Shown piece by piece: positions 29,951 through 40,467 of a stretch of DNA of 55,224 nt. The translations under genes were made by a program, and so were the position numbers. The stretch spans positions 1-55,224 of the forward strand of contig CAWKIY010000001.1 of assembly GCA_963849245.1 (NCBI GenBank). The letters run 5' to 3'. The notes below the pieces were generated by a model. The model saw only the letters and a list, made by a program, of their open reading frames with translations, searched no databases and was not told the DNA's origin. Each line of letters opens with the position of its first letter. Position 1 is the stretch's first letter. Source of the DNA: a candidate division FCPU426 bacterium (GTDB lineage Bacteria; Oederibacteriota; Muellerivitia; Muellerivitales; Muellerivitaceae).

Positions 29951-32900
29951 TTAAAGCCAAACGAAAATCTTTCCCTTGCTGAAGGTTTGGCTTAAACCCT
30001 CGTCAGTTTCAATCACATAAGAATAGATACCGCTCGCGACCGCCTGGTTAGTTTGACTACGGGCCTGCCAAGTAAGGGTATTCAAACCCGTTTGGCCTTG
30101 CGTCGTGGACTGGTACATTTTCTCGCCAATAGAAGAATAAATCGTCCATTGGACATTAGCCGTCCGGGCAAGCGTCAACAGCAACTTAACTGGTTTTCCA
30201 CCGTGGGCAACATGCGGCACCGTCACCACCGATAACACAAGCGGATCGGAGTCCGCCACAGGGATCGTCACCACCGGCGTGGGTGTCGGAGTTGGAGTCA
30301 GGTTAAAAAGACTCGCCAATATGCCCGGACCCTTGATCACCGCCGCCGACAAAAGTCCCTGCGTCGGCGTTGCCGTCGGTCCACAATTGAAAAAGGCCGA
30401 CGAGGCAAAGGGACAAGTCGGCGTGGGAGTGGCGAACCCCCGAACAGTCGGTGAAATTGTAGGCGTAGCCGTCGCGCTCACCGTTAAAGTCTCTGTCGGC
30501 GTCGTCATTGAAGCCCCGCACTCATTGGCATAAATGGAATAAACAATGGTATTCAATTCATTGGCTGGAAAAGTTCCCGGTAAATTCCCGATAGGAGGCG
30601 CAAAAGGACTGATCACGCCTGAATTAGGCGTTCCCGGATCACCCGTAACCCAAGGCGATCCTGACGCGGTCACCACCAGCCAATACTTCCCCGCCGTCAA
30701 CAAGGTGGAAGGCACTGGCGCGGTTATCCATTGCTGATTTCCTTTCAAACCTGAATAGTTTTCAGGCTGGGATTGCGCCAACAAGTTCCCTGGGGTCCCT
30801 TGATTATCCTTGTAGATCCCCAATTGAACCTGGCCATTCCCAAAATTAGTTTCAATATTCACCGAAAGGCTGACCACTATCCCGGCCGGAAGGGTGAAAA
30901 CACTACCCAGAACCGTGTTGAACCCATCGGGATAGACATCCTTCCCCGCCACGGCTTTTCCCGCTGAAACCGTCGAACAAGTGGGCGTGGGTGTAGCTGT
31001 GGGAGTGGCCGTAGCCCCCAGGAGTGGAACTTGTCCCAAGATCAAGGTCCCATCCTGGTAAACGGTCAATTGGCTTCCCGTGGTAACCGCGAAAAGACCA
31101 CAATTAGATAACACGTTCTGGGCGAAATTGGCCACCGACCCGATCGTAATTTTGCTTCCCGCCGGTAAAGTACCACCGTTGAACTTAAAAGAAAGGTATT
31201 GAATGGAACTGCCCGGCGCGAGCGCGCCCGAGGAAGTCAGGATCAGTCCTCCCCTGCCATTATCCCTTCTCCCCGTATCACCCACTTCCCTGCCCTGGAT
31301 CCAAGCGCGGATGTCGGGTGTACTTTGGCAGTTCGAGTCAAACCAATAGCGCACCTCAATCCCGCTCAAATCCAGCTGGGTCGACTGGTTGTTGGTAAGA
31401 TTGAACCGAATTCCAATAATATTACCTATTTGGTTGATTACATTACCCACCAAGCCGGCACCGACCTGAGATCCCCCGATGGCGGAAGAGGAACAACCGG
31501 TCATGTAGAGGGAAACCTGCTGTGAAGCAACGATAGTTCCAGCCGGGTAGGTTAACGGAGCCGAACCAAAAACCACTCCGCTGCTCACGTAAGCCAAGTT
31601 GCCGCTACCGGCGTTTTCGTTGACAGCAGTTGCCATTCCTCCATCGCCATCGTCCACCTGGACAGCCGCCCAATAAACCCCAGCAGAAAGGCTTGTCCAG
31701 GGAAAAGCCGCCGTATTCCAACTGTTGGAGGTGGCTTGTTGAAAACCGGATTGAGCTATCAGCGCACCCGGGTAGCCGCTTCCATTGTCGGCGTAAATCG
31801 ACAAAATAAATTCATGGGGCGGAGTACTTCCCGAATAAGTAACGTCTCCAATGTAAAGGGATAAACTTTCCACGTTCATAGGCCCTGAAAGGGTGACGGC
31901 GTTTGCGTACATACGGGCATTATCCACATGGCCCGTCACGGAGCCAATTCCAGCGTAACCAGCGGTAACTGGCGCGGTGCAAACCGGGGTAAAGCTCGGT
32001 GTGGGCGTTGGCGGCCCTTGGGTACAGCTAGTTGACCAGACATCGTTTAGCAAGACGCTAGAATCCCCCCCGATCACCCACAGTTGGTTCTGGAAAACCA
32101 GGTCCCCGCCATTGGACCGGGCTGGGAAAGGCGGCACCCCGGGAGCCGGAGTCCAAGTTTTTCCGTCAGTCGACGACCAGACGTCGTTGAAACGCGCTGT
32201 TCCCTGGGAGCCGCCAATGATCCAAAGCTTTCCGCCGAAAGAAAGTCCCGCGAAATTGTTGCGGGGAGTGAAGCCCGTGTTGGCGGTTACCAGGTTCCAG
32301 TTAACCCCATCCGGACTGGACCACACCCGGTTGGGATCGGTGCTGGAGGATCCTCCCCCCATCACAAAGAGCTGGTTGTTCAACACGCCGGCGGCGACAA
32401 CACCATGGGGCAGGAAGCCCACGTTGTTGGCTTCCTGTAGCCAGTGGATGCCGTCAAAGGAAGACCATACATCGTCATAACCGCCTCCACCAATAACCCA
32501 CATTTGGTTGTTGAAAACGGCCGAGCCGAATCCCGCCCGGGCCGGAAAATTAGCGTGCGTTGAGGCCAACGCCCAGTTTTGGCCGTCATAGGAAGACCAA
32601 ACATCGTTATAAAGGGAAACGGGATTGGACAGAGCGTTAAATCCGCCCACTACCCACAAACGTTGGCCCAAACCGTCACCAGGATCAAAAGCCAGGAGAC
32701 CAAACTGCTCACGGGCAGCGAAAGGCGGAAGACCAGCTTGATTCCAATCCTTCCCATTGCCCGAATACCAAACATCATTGTTATCTCTGGGAGTAATGGA
32801 ACCACTTCCGGTATGACCGCCTATCACCCACATCTGGTTGTTGAAAACCGCGGACCCGAACCAAGTCCGAGATTCAAATTGCGCCGCCGGGGTAATGGGG

Positions 32901-35341
32901 TTCCATACCGCGCCCGTTGGGACACAGACAAAGGTGGGCGTAGGAGTGGGCGGGCGATTGGCGTTCAAGACCCCGCCGATATCCAAGGTCCAGGCTCCAC
33001 GTCCAAAAGTCGACGCCACCAACTGCCGGGTTACAGGTGAAATTTTAACTTGAAGAATAGGGGCATTGGGTAGCGCGGTTCCAACTGTCTGCCAGCCTTC
33101 TCCGACTGTTCCTCCGTCGGTGGCCAGGAACACTCCCACATCGGCGGCTATATAGATACTTCCCGGATTTTGCGGATCAATCGTAATCCAGTTGACGGGT
33201 ATATTGGGAAGGGTGCCTGAAATATTGATCCAAGTGGTACCCCCATCCGTGCTCTTGTAAATTTTCTGCCCTTCGTAAAACCCTTCGACGACCACGTAAA
33301 CCGTGTTGGGATCACCGGGGTTGACCGCGATATGACCTAAGGGCAAAGAAAGCCCGGCTGGATTGATGGAGGACCAAGTGGGACTGGCGCTAGTGGCATT
33401 CGTGGTCTTATGGATCGCCTGGCCCTCAGTCAAGTAAATGGTGTTCACATCGCTGGAAGCCGGTGCCAGGAAATTGATGGGGTTTGAGAAAGTAGGACTT
33501 ATAGCGTTCCAACCGGCGCCTGGTGAAGGAGGGTTGACCGGGCCCATCATCACTTGCGTGCCGCCCGCGATCATGGATCCAGGAGCTTGCGGAACCATCT
33601 CTATAGGCGGAACACCGCCGACAATGGGATTCAAGATCGTCACGGCCTTCTGGATCGAGGAATCATATCGTTCAACGTCTCCAAAAGTTGTATTTCCATA
33701 ATAAATACCCTGATTTTGAGGATCCGCCAAAGTATAAAAACCATCTCCGCCAAAGGCTTCTTTCCAACTAAGGCCGCTTCCAGAATTAACATCGTTTCCG
33801 TTATCTTGGGATCCACCAATCAGAAGGCCCGCTGTTTTCAAGTCCGGGCTGACGCTGTAAAACTGGATTGTATTCAGGGTGTCGTTCAGTTCATTGAGAG
33901 GTTTTCCTAAGTTAGTCGTGTAATAGAGCCCCCCATCATTGGCTATGTAATAACCCGTATTGCTAAAAAGACCAAAAGCATGTTGGTCGCCATGAATCGG
34001 GGTAACATCGGTCCAACTAGTACTCATACCATTGACGTTGTTGGTCATAAAAAGAACAACCCCACCGATGATCAAATCGTTGGAACCCGGGGGCGCCAGC
34101 ATGCACAGGTCATACTCCAACTGCCCGCCCAGCACATCTCCACCACCAGGGGGGACCGCGATGGGGGTCCAGGTGTTCCCGCCATCGACGGATTGAACCA
34201 ATCCGGTATCTTGAGGCGTAGGTTGGGAAAGGGCTCCCCCAATCGTGATCAAGGCGTAAAGAATCCCGTTTCGCGTCGCCAAACTGGCGCGGTTAAAAAA
34301 CGCGCCGGCGTTATAAGTCAGCGGAAAAGTAACAGCGGTCCAGGTGTGCCCCTTGTCCGTGGAGGCATAAATACCATTTCCATAAACCGCGGCGAAATAA
34401 GTATTACGGGTCGTATCATAAACCATGTCATTCACGGTCGCGCCCGCCAAGCTGGACGATTGAGTCCAAGTGTTTCCGCCGTCTGAGGAATAGAAAACAC
34501 CGGGTGAAACGCTCAAAGGCTGGAGAGAACCAGGCCGAATAGCGGCGCTGAAAGAGCCCTCCGTGGTACTGGCCACGATATCTTGGGAGTTAGTGGTATC
34601 CACGATGATTTTCGAAAAGGAAAGTCCAAATAAGGAAACTGTGCCGTTAGGTCCGGTCGCGGTGGTAACAGGTGGATTCCAGGTATTCCCCCCATCCGTT
34701 GACTTCAAAAACCCGATTCCATAGTAAGTATCATTGATGCCGCCATTAGCCTCCCCCGTACCGACATAAACATTAGCGGGGTTGGAACTGCTGTCCAAGG
34801 CAATGGCACCCACTACCAAACTTTCGGTTTGGTCGCTAATGGGCGCGAACGTAGCCGCATTACTCAAAGCGTTCGTGGATTTCCATACTCCGCCGCTGGC
34901 AGCGCCATAATAAACCGTATTGCCACTGGGATCGTTTTTCAGGTCCACCGCGATAGCCGTTCCCCGTCCCGAGTAAACGGTTGAACCTTGCAGACCCTGG
35001 GGTCCCGCCGCGTTCCAGGAACCAAACGTAAAGTTGGCCGTGACCAAAGCGGGTGACGCGTTGGCATGCGCAAGCGTGGATCGGGAGGGTCCAATCGCTT
35101 TCGGCATGGTTTTTACTTTTTGGCGGGCCTGAAAAAAAAGTTCTGCGGGATTACGTCCCTTTAACCCCTGTTGGCGGGGACGGGTGAACCATTGTTCCCT
35201 TTTCTGGATATCTTCATGGCCTTCTTTTTCCTCATCCTTGTCCAGTCCGGCGGACCTTGAGGTGGTTCCCAAGAGCACAAAACAGCAAAATAAAAAAGCG
35301 CTTCCCGAAATAATCCCCCAAAAAATGTTCCGCCGAGTCAT
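29951..35341 (-). CDS. Large secreted modular protein: BNR/VPS10-like beta-propeller(s), Kelch-like repeats, two beta-sandwich domains, CBM3-like domain, PT linker, T9SS/FlgD-Ig-like CTD
   Basis: Asp-box S.DGG.TW repeats; HGDQH, GGSQDNG, GGDG; NDVWSS.DG..W / F.AR / LWVIGG repeats; FNLTNN..LDLSGIEVRYWF (CBM3-like); C-terminal IYSSIGE..LTW..VASGIY..KGKIFV. Confidence 0.8.
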   Translation of the reverse strand: MTRRNIFWGIISGSAFLFCCFVLLGTTSRSAGLDKDEEKEGHEDIQKREQWFTRPRQQGLKGRNPAELFFQARQKVKTMPKAIGPSRSTLAHANASPALVTANFTFGSWNAAGPQGLQGSTVYSGRGTAIAVDLKNDPSGNTVYYGAASGGVWKSTNALSNAATFAPISDQTESLVVGAIALDSSSNPANVYVGTGEANGGINDTYYGIGFLKSTDGGNTWNPPVTTATGPNGTVSLFGLSFSKIIVDTTNSQDIVASTTEGSFSAAIRPGSLQPLSVSPGVFYSSDGGNTWTQSSSLAGATVNDMVYDTTRNTYFAAVYGNGIYASTDKGHTWTAVTFPLTYNAGAFFNRASLATRNGILYALITIGGALSQPTPQDTGLVQSVDGGNTWTPIAVPPGGGDVLGGQLEYDLCMLAPPGSNDLIIGGVVLFMTNNVNGMSTSWTDVTPIHGDQHAFGLFSNTGYYIANDGGLYYTTNLGKPLNELNDTLNTIQFYSVSPDLKTAGLLIGGSQDNGNDVNSGSGLSWKEAFGGDGFYTLADPQNQGIYYGNTTFGDVERYDSSIQKAVTILNPIVGGVPPIEMVPQAPGSMIAGGTQVMMGPVNPPSPGAGWNAISPTFSNPINFLAPASSDVNTIYLTEGQAIHKTTNATSASPTWSSINPAGLSLPLGHIAVNPGDPNTVYVVVEGFYEGQKIYKSTDGGTTWINISGTLPNIPVNWITIDPQNPGSIYIAADVGVFLATDGGTVGEGWQTVGTALPNAPILQVKISPVTRQLVASTFGRGAWTLDIGGVLNANRPPTPTPTFVCVPTGAVWNPITPAAQFESRTWFGSAVFNNQMWVIGGHTGSGSITPRDNNDVWYSGNGKDWNQAGLPPFAAREQFGLLAFDPGDGLGQRLWVVGGFNALSNPVSLYNDVWSSYDGQNWALASTHANFPARAGFGSAVFNNQMWVIGGGGYDDVWSSFDGIHWLQEANNVGFLPHGVVAAGVLNNQLFVMGGGSSSTDPNRVWSSPDGVNWNLVTANTGFTPRNNFAGLSFGGKLWIIGGSQGTARFNDVWSSTDGKTWTPAPGVPPFPARSNGGDLVFQNQLWVIGGDSSVLLNDVWSTSCTQGPPTPTPSFTPVCTAPVTAGYAGIGSVTGHVDNARMYANAVTLSGPMNVESLSLYIGDVTYSGSTPPHEFILSIYADNGSGYPGALIAQSGFQQATSNSWNTAAFPWTSLSAGVYWAAVQVDDGDGGMATAVNENAGSGNLAYVSSGVVFGSAPLTYPAGTIVASQQVSLYMTGCSSSAIGGSQVGAGLVGNVINQIGNIIGIRFNLTNNQSTQLDLSGIEVRYWFDSNCQSTPDIRAWIQGREVGDTGRRDNGRGGLILTSSGALAPGSSIQYLSFKFNGGTLPAGSKITIGSVANFAQNVLSNCGLFAVTTGSQLTVYQDGTLILGQVPLLGATATPTATPTPTCSTVSAGKAVAGKDVYPDGFNTVLGSVFTLPAGIVVSLSVNIETNFGNGQVQLGIYKDNQGTPGNLLAQSQPENYSGLKGNQQWITAPVPSTLLTAGKYWLVVTASGSPWVTGDPGTPNSGVISPFAPPIGNLPGTFPANELNTIVYSIYANECGASMTTPTETLTVSATATPTISPTVRGFATPTPTCPFASSAFFNCGPTATPTQGLLSAAVIKGPGILASLFNLTPTPTPTPVVTIPVADSDPLVLSVVTVPHVAHGGKPVKLLLTLARTANVQWTIYSSIGEKMYQSTTQGQTGLNTLTWQARSQTNQAVASGIYSYVIETDEGLSQTFSKGKIFVWL

Positions 35342-35672
35342 ACGCCTTCCTTTTGATCGATAACCGATCGTTGTTCAAGATAAATGGGTCTTTAGATGAG
35401 TGTTTGAATTTAGTACTTTTATTCCCTAGCCGAAATAAAAAAAACCATTCCGGAAGGAATTCCTTTTCCCTGGAGAAAACCAAACTAAAACTTGTTCTAA
35501 AAATCGTTACAAGGATGAATTCAAACAAGTTTTGCGCCTAAGCTCGTAAAAGACTGACTTCCATTGACCAAGCCTATTTCACAACAAGGTAGGATTTGGA
35601 GGATTAAAATCACTGGGTAAAGATCGGATAACCATTTTTATTCGTCGTAGTTATACGAAAGACAAGTTTTCG

Positions 35673-35707
35673 AAAAAAAAGCCGATGCGTTTGACCGCAT
35701 CGGCTTT
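35673..35707 (-). terminator. Intrinsic terminator downstream of the TonB-dependent receptor gene
   Basis: AAAGCCGATGCG-TTTGAC-CGCATCGGCTTT stem with an A8 run giving the U-tail on the minus strand. Confidence 0.8.
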
Positions 35708-35819
35708 AGCACATACCATTTTCGCTTTCTATTTACAGCTTTAACCATGGGTTCTATTAACGAAATAAAAACAGCCAAAGTTGATCAACTTCACTTCTTT
35801 CTTCAATAAAAACAGCCTT

Positions 35820-37853
35820 TTAAAACATCGCCTGCAGGCCGCCTTCAAAATACCGCCCGGGCAGATTGATACCCTGGAACGAAGCCATCGGAGAGTTCAG
35901 TAAATTTTGCACACTGATAAAACCCTTCAAATGTTCCGAAATGGTGTATTTGGCATTCGTACTTAAATCCCAATAATTCGCTGGAAACACCGGGATACCG
36001 TTATTCTGATAAAAATCCGTCAGATATTGAAGTGCTACAGGATAACGTTCCACATAGCGGGCCGTCATATCGAGGGACCACTGCTTTTCTGGTTTTACTT
36101 CCATGCCCATCACGAACTTAAAGTGCATCCGGCCCTGGATAGGATTTCCATTCTGGTCGGTGGCGCTAATCCAAGTAGCGGAGACAAAAGGATACAGCAA
36201 GTCATTCAAGCGGTATTTAACGCTGTCTTCCGTTCCGGCAAAAAGCGCGTGGTCGATATTTTGGTAGGTCCAGATACCGCCCGGGTTCAAATAAGGATTG
36301 ATCAGATTCTGGTAATAGTTGAGAAATCCAGTCAACTGAATCAAGCACTGCCCCAGGGTAATGTCCGTCCCTAATTCGGAGTCCAGCGATTGCTCCGGCA
36401 CTAGATTGGGATTCCCCATCGTCCCATTGAAAGCACTAAAGAAAGGAGAATTTTCCATTTGCGCCAGCAGATTGGGAGGAATGTTAAAGCCCGGGCCATT
36501 CCAAATAGTGGGAGGTAAATAAAGCTCATCGAAAGTCGGCACCTTGGTTCCCTGGCCGGCGCTCAAGTGGATCTGCCAGTCCTTCGTAGCGTCAAAAATC
36601 AAGGTTCCTGTTGGACTATCCTTCAAGCCGTAATCGCTGTAATCATCCAGGTGGTTGGCCAGGTCCAGGTGCAGCGAATCGGTCAGTTTTAAAGTTCCCT
36701 GGAATACTCCCGATACGACCCGGCGCAAAGGGTTGCCGTAGAGATCGCTCCACATTTCCTCATTCCTGGCTTCCAGACCGAAACTCAAGTGGGGAAACAA
36801 ATCTCCCGCTGGGCCGGAAACATAGACCTGCCCGCCGTAATCCAGATATTGATTGAGATAAGAATTGTAAACGCCGGAGGTTGGATCCTGGCCAATGGGG
36901 TTAGAACGGATCACGTTCGAGTAATTGCCGAAGAAAGAAGGGACTATCTGCCAATCCCCGCCCAAAGGATGGGTATCCTTGAAAGAACTTTGCACACCCC
37001 AGGCGTCCTGCCTCCCGTCCAAATCATACTGGTCTGTCCCGGCCGCGACCACATTGTCCGCGTCCGGAGCGCTGCCAATCTGGCGGAAAAAGCTGCTCGA
37101 AAGAACAGCCTTGTCATTACCCATGGACCAAGAAGCCGCGTGACTGATATCCCAATGGACCTCATCGGTAAAGCCGTAGACCGTGCCATTATTCAGCGTC
37201 ACAGGCGCGAGATAGCCATCGGTGGTGTACCAACTGCCGCTCAAAACATTCTGGATCCCGCCGATATTAAACGTTGGTAAGGAAGCCTGGAACTGGTAGC
37301 TGTTGAAGTCTCCCCCGCTCACCTGCAGGTTCAAGGGGTTATTCCCCGGCTGTTTCGTGATGATGTTGATAACGCCGCCTAGGGCGTCTGGGCCATAAGC
37401 TAGAGCCTGGGCCCCTTCCAGCACATCCACCCTTTCGATATCTTCTGTGGGAATACTCCCCAAATTGAAACTCTCGGGCACTCTTTGGCCGTTCACCAAA
37501 ATCACCGTCTCCCGGAAAGACTGGCCTCGAATGGCCAATACGCTCCAGGTTTTACCCATTCCTTCTCCCTGGGTTTCCAAACCCGATTCCTCGTCCAGGC
37601 TAGCGCTTAAATCCCCGGTGTTATGGACGTCGTCGACTCTCTCCCCGGAAATTTCCTTCCGAGCGATGCCTACCCGCTCCCCATAAACCTCAACTTCCTC
37701 AAGGGCGGACAGTATCTTATCGGAAGAAGGGGTAGAGACAGCGGCTTGCGTCGCGGCCGGAGTCGGGCTTGTGGTTGGGGCTTCATCTGCCCAACCCAAG
37801 GATGTAGCGGCCAAAATAACGAAGGTCAAAAACCACTTTGATCGGATTAACAT
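35820..37853 (-). CDS. TonB-dependent outer-membrane receptor (plug plus barrel, BtuB/CirA-like)
   Basis: Likely start MLIRSKW at 37853 (AGGAG RBS); LEEVEVYG TonB-box; IRG, ILVNG, IERVDVLEG..LAYG.DALGGVINIITK; GNPNLVPE; NLLN..PGR; terminal Phe. Confidence 0.9.
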   Translation of the reverse strand: MLIRSKWFLTFVILAATSLGWADEAPTTSPTPAATQAAVSTPSSDKILSALEEVEVYGERVGIARKEISGERVDDVHNTGDLSASLDEESGLETQGEGMGKTWSVLAIRGQSFRETVILVNGQRVPESFNLGSIPTEDIERVDVLEGAQALAYGPDALGGVINIITKQPGNNPLNLQVSGGDFNSYQFQASLPTFNIGGIQNVLSGSWYTTDGYLAPVTLNNGTVYGFTDEVHWDISHAASWSMGNDKAVLSSSFFRQIGSAPDADNVVAAGTDQYDLDGRQDAWGVQSSFKDTHPLGGDWQIVPSFFGNYSNVIRSNPIGQDPTSGVYNSYLNQYLDYGGQVYVSGPAGDLFPHLSFGLEARNEEMWSDLYGNPLRRVVSGVFQGTLKLTDSLHLDLANHLDDYSDYGLKDSPTGTLIFDATKDWQIHLSAGQGTKVPTFDELYLPPTIWNGPGFNIPPNLLAQMENSPFFSAFNGTMGNPNLVPEQSLDSELGTDITLGQCLIQLTGFLNYYQNLINPYLNPGGIWTYQNIDHALFAGTEDSVKYRLNDLLYPFVSATWISATDQNGNPIQGRMHFKFVMGMEVKPEKQWSLDMTARYVERYPVALQYLTDFYQNNGIPVFPANYWDLSTNAKYTISEHLKGFISVQNLLNSPMASFQGINLPGRYFEGGLQAMF

Positions 37854-38450
37854 TAAAAAGCTCCTTGAGAAAAATGGCACTACAATCCAGCAACCCAGCT
37901 CGACTCGAAAAGTACATTTCTGCAAAATGTTTGAATTAAAACCGCTCCTCAAACAGGACTGAATACAGATGTAAAACCTGCTCTGACAAGTCACTAGTAC
38001 CCCGCGCTGTACTATAGCGAGTTGCCCAATCAGGCCAGCCACATGGTTCAAAGCGCTTTCATAAACTTTTATTAGATTCTACTCGGCTTTCAAGACGAAA
38101 ATTTTTAATCAACAGTTTTCAATAAAACGGCAAACAATAATGGAATCCATGCAGTTTTGCCTTTAGATTATTTATACGATTTTCTCTTTTTCAACCAAAA
38201 CTAGACTTTGATCCAACTAAAACAATTAAAAACCAGGCGGCCATTATTCCGGTACTAACTTAGAGTCGGCTGGCGGCTTTTTATTCCCCAAATGAAACAA
38301 AAAAGAATATCAGAGAAAGGCCTTTTCCCTAATTCAATCCAGAAGACTATCCAACCTAACACCTCTTACGAAAATCGGTACAAGCTTGAAAAGCGATCCC
38401 ATTCCTGAAATCCTTATCCTTCAAACTCATTCTCTGAATTTTTACACGGG

Positions 38451-39563
38451 CTAAAACCGCTGGGTAAAAGCCAAGCCCGGCTGGTTGGTATTGGGCAGAA
38501 ACATCAAAGACAGGTTTTTATCCTGCTGTACCACATAGTTGTAACGGTTGATAGCGTTGTTGCTGGCGTCAAACTGGTCAAATACCAACAACATACCCGT
38601 GACCCATCCTACGGTTCCCACGCCCAGGATAATAAAAAGGGGTCCTAGGTTTATATCTTGATCCCCCAATCCATTCGTTGAGTTTTTTGGAGGGATATCC
38701 AGTAATAAGCCAACTGGAGACAAGCAACTTACCACCACTCCTCCCCATAAAAGGCCATACCCCCAGGCCTCCTTGTCCATGGCGGAGTGGATCATTTGGC
38801 TCGCCTGGGCGTCCCCCAATGGATCAATCACCGCTGCCATTTGTTGGCTGCTTAGCATTTGAATTCCATCGTGATACCAACCATGATCCCTCCATGCATC
38901 ATGTAATTCGAAGGGAGTAAATTGGGATTTGACCGAAGCGGTTGATTTGGGTTGCGAGTCAGTGGGCAGGGCGAAAAGGGAGTCCTTCAGGGGTTTCGCC
39001 TCGATCTTGGTGGCTTCCATCGTGGTCACCACATTACCGGATTCTTTCTGAAGCGTAATGGTTCCTTTGAGACTAAAAAGATCCTTACCCGCCAGAGCGG
39101 CTCCCCAAATTCCGTCTTCAGTGAAATTGGGGCTTGATCCCATCCCGCTAGCGACCCAAACATGCGCCGTTTCGCTGCCACCTTGATAAACCCATTCGAC
39201 GCAAGTCTTACCTAAGATTTTCTTGGTTTTCCCCGTCTTCGTGACGGTTTCACCCTCTTTGCCCCCCATTAATTCGTCCGACCAACCGAGGTTCTCATAG
39301 GTTTTCGATTTGGGATAAACCATGAACATCGTTTCCTTGCTGTAATCCGCCAGTGTATAGGATTGATCCTGGCCGTTGAGGTTTAAATCCATTCGGACTT
39401 TAGAACCTTTATAGTAAACATTCACCGGCTTATTGATTTCGACACCCGGGGAATTGACCGTCATTTGGCAAACCACCACGCCCTCAAAGCTGGCCGCCCA
39501 AAGAGGAGAAAAACTAAAACCAAATACCAAGCTTAAAAAACAAAGAACTATCGGTTTTTTCAT
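38451..39563 (-). CDS. DUF4412-like secreted domain fused to a membrane-associated C-terminal domain
   Basis: FEGVV, KVRMDL, VTKTGKTKKILG..C..W (DUF4412-like). The C-terminal half is paralogous to the next gene and ends QPGLAFTQRF. Confidence 0.65.
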   Translation of the reverse strand: MKKPIVLCFLSLVFGFSFSPLWAASFEGVVVCQMTVNSPGVEINKPVNVYYKGSKVRMDLNLNGQDQSYTLADYSKETMFMVYPKSKTYENLGWSDELMGGKEGETVTKTGKTKKILGKTCVEWVYQGGSETAHVWVASGMGSSPNFTEDGIWGAALAGKDLFSLKGTITLQKESGNVVTTMEATKIEAKPLKDSLFALPTDSQPKSTASVKSQFTPFELHDAWRDHGWYHDGIQMLSSQQMAAVIDPLGDAQASQMIHSAMDKEAWGYGLLWGGVVVSCLSPVGLLLDIPPKNSTNGLGDQDINLGPLFIILGVGTVGWVTGMLLVFDQFDASNNAINRYNYVVQQDKNLSLMFLPNTNQPGLAFTQRF

Positions 39564-39634
39564 AAAAAGCTCCTGACAACTTTTATTCCCAACACACCGG
39601 CGTAACTAAAGTTAAACCCACTACCGGCCCCAAA

Positions 39635-40261
39635 TTAAAACCGCTGGGTGAATACTAAGCCTGGCTGATGGGTATCGGGCATAAACATAAACGACAAGCT
39701 ATTGTTATGCTGTACCACATAGTTATAGCGATTGACCGCGTCATAACGGTTATTGATCGAGTCAATTTGTAAAAAGAGGCCTCCGACCCAGGTGATGGTT
39801 CCCACTCCTAAGAGGATGGCAAAAGGGCCCAAATCAGGATCATGAAGAGTAGTCGTGGGAACCCCATATTGATTGGTCGTAGTTTGTTCCATCCCGCCCA
39901 ACTCAATAGCGAAGTCAACCCAAGCCGCCCCCGTTAAAGCCAAGCCGCCCCAAAAAAGTCCTGTTCCCCACGCATCATTGTTCGCGGAGGAACGAAGCAA
40001 TTCACTCGCCTGAGCGTCCCCCAAGGGGTCAATCACGTCCTTGAATTGTTGAAGGTTTTCAAGGGGCAATCCATTGTAGTAATAGCCGTTCGTGGCGTGT
40101 CGTCCCCATCCGAACGTCTGGATATCGATGGGCATCAATTTAGGCTTGGCGGGAGCGACAGCCGTTTTTTTCTTTTTATGAACTGGAGCGGCGTTGTCTT
40201 GTGCCTGGCAGGCTCCCGCAATGGCCATAAAAATCATCAAAGCCCAAGTAAGTATACGCAT
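39635..40261 (-). CDS. Hypothetical secreted/membrane protein, paralog of the C-terminal half of 38451-39563
   Basis: Shared IDPLGDAQAS, WG.GL.WGG, LGP..I.LGVGT, A.NRYNYVVQ, QPGL.FTQRF. Confidence 0.7.
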   Translation of the reverse strand: MRILTWALMIFMAIAGACQAQDNAAPVHKKKKTAVAPAKPKLMPIDIQTFGWGRHATNGYYYNGLPLENLQQFKDVIDPLGDAQASELLRSSANNDAWGTGLFWGGLALTGAAWVDFAIELGGMEQTTTNQYGVPTTTLHDPDLGPFAILLGVGTITWVGGLFLQIDSINNRYDAVNRYNYVVQHNNSLSFMFMPDTHQPGLVFTQRF

Positions 40262-40467
40262 AAATATCTCCTGATCATTTTTATTTTCCCTTAACTTTTC
40301 TCAAGGGATTATTTTTTTGCCTTCATGGGTACAGACGCAGGCCCCCGTTGAAACGGACCACTCGACTATGCTTACACCCATTTAGTTCTTTCTTAGGACC
40401 TTATAGCAAGAATCTCTATTCACGACAATATTTCTATCCTAAGAGGTAAAAGTTTATAAAAAGATTA

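Noticed and set aside
37860-38450. Cobalamin riboswitch upstream of the BtuB-like receptor
   Set aside because: No recognisable B12-box or GGGAA..GCCCCCGCAACTGT core on the minus strand, so no btuB symbol was assigned.
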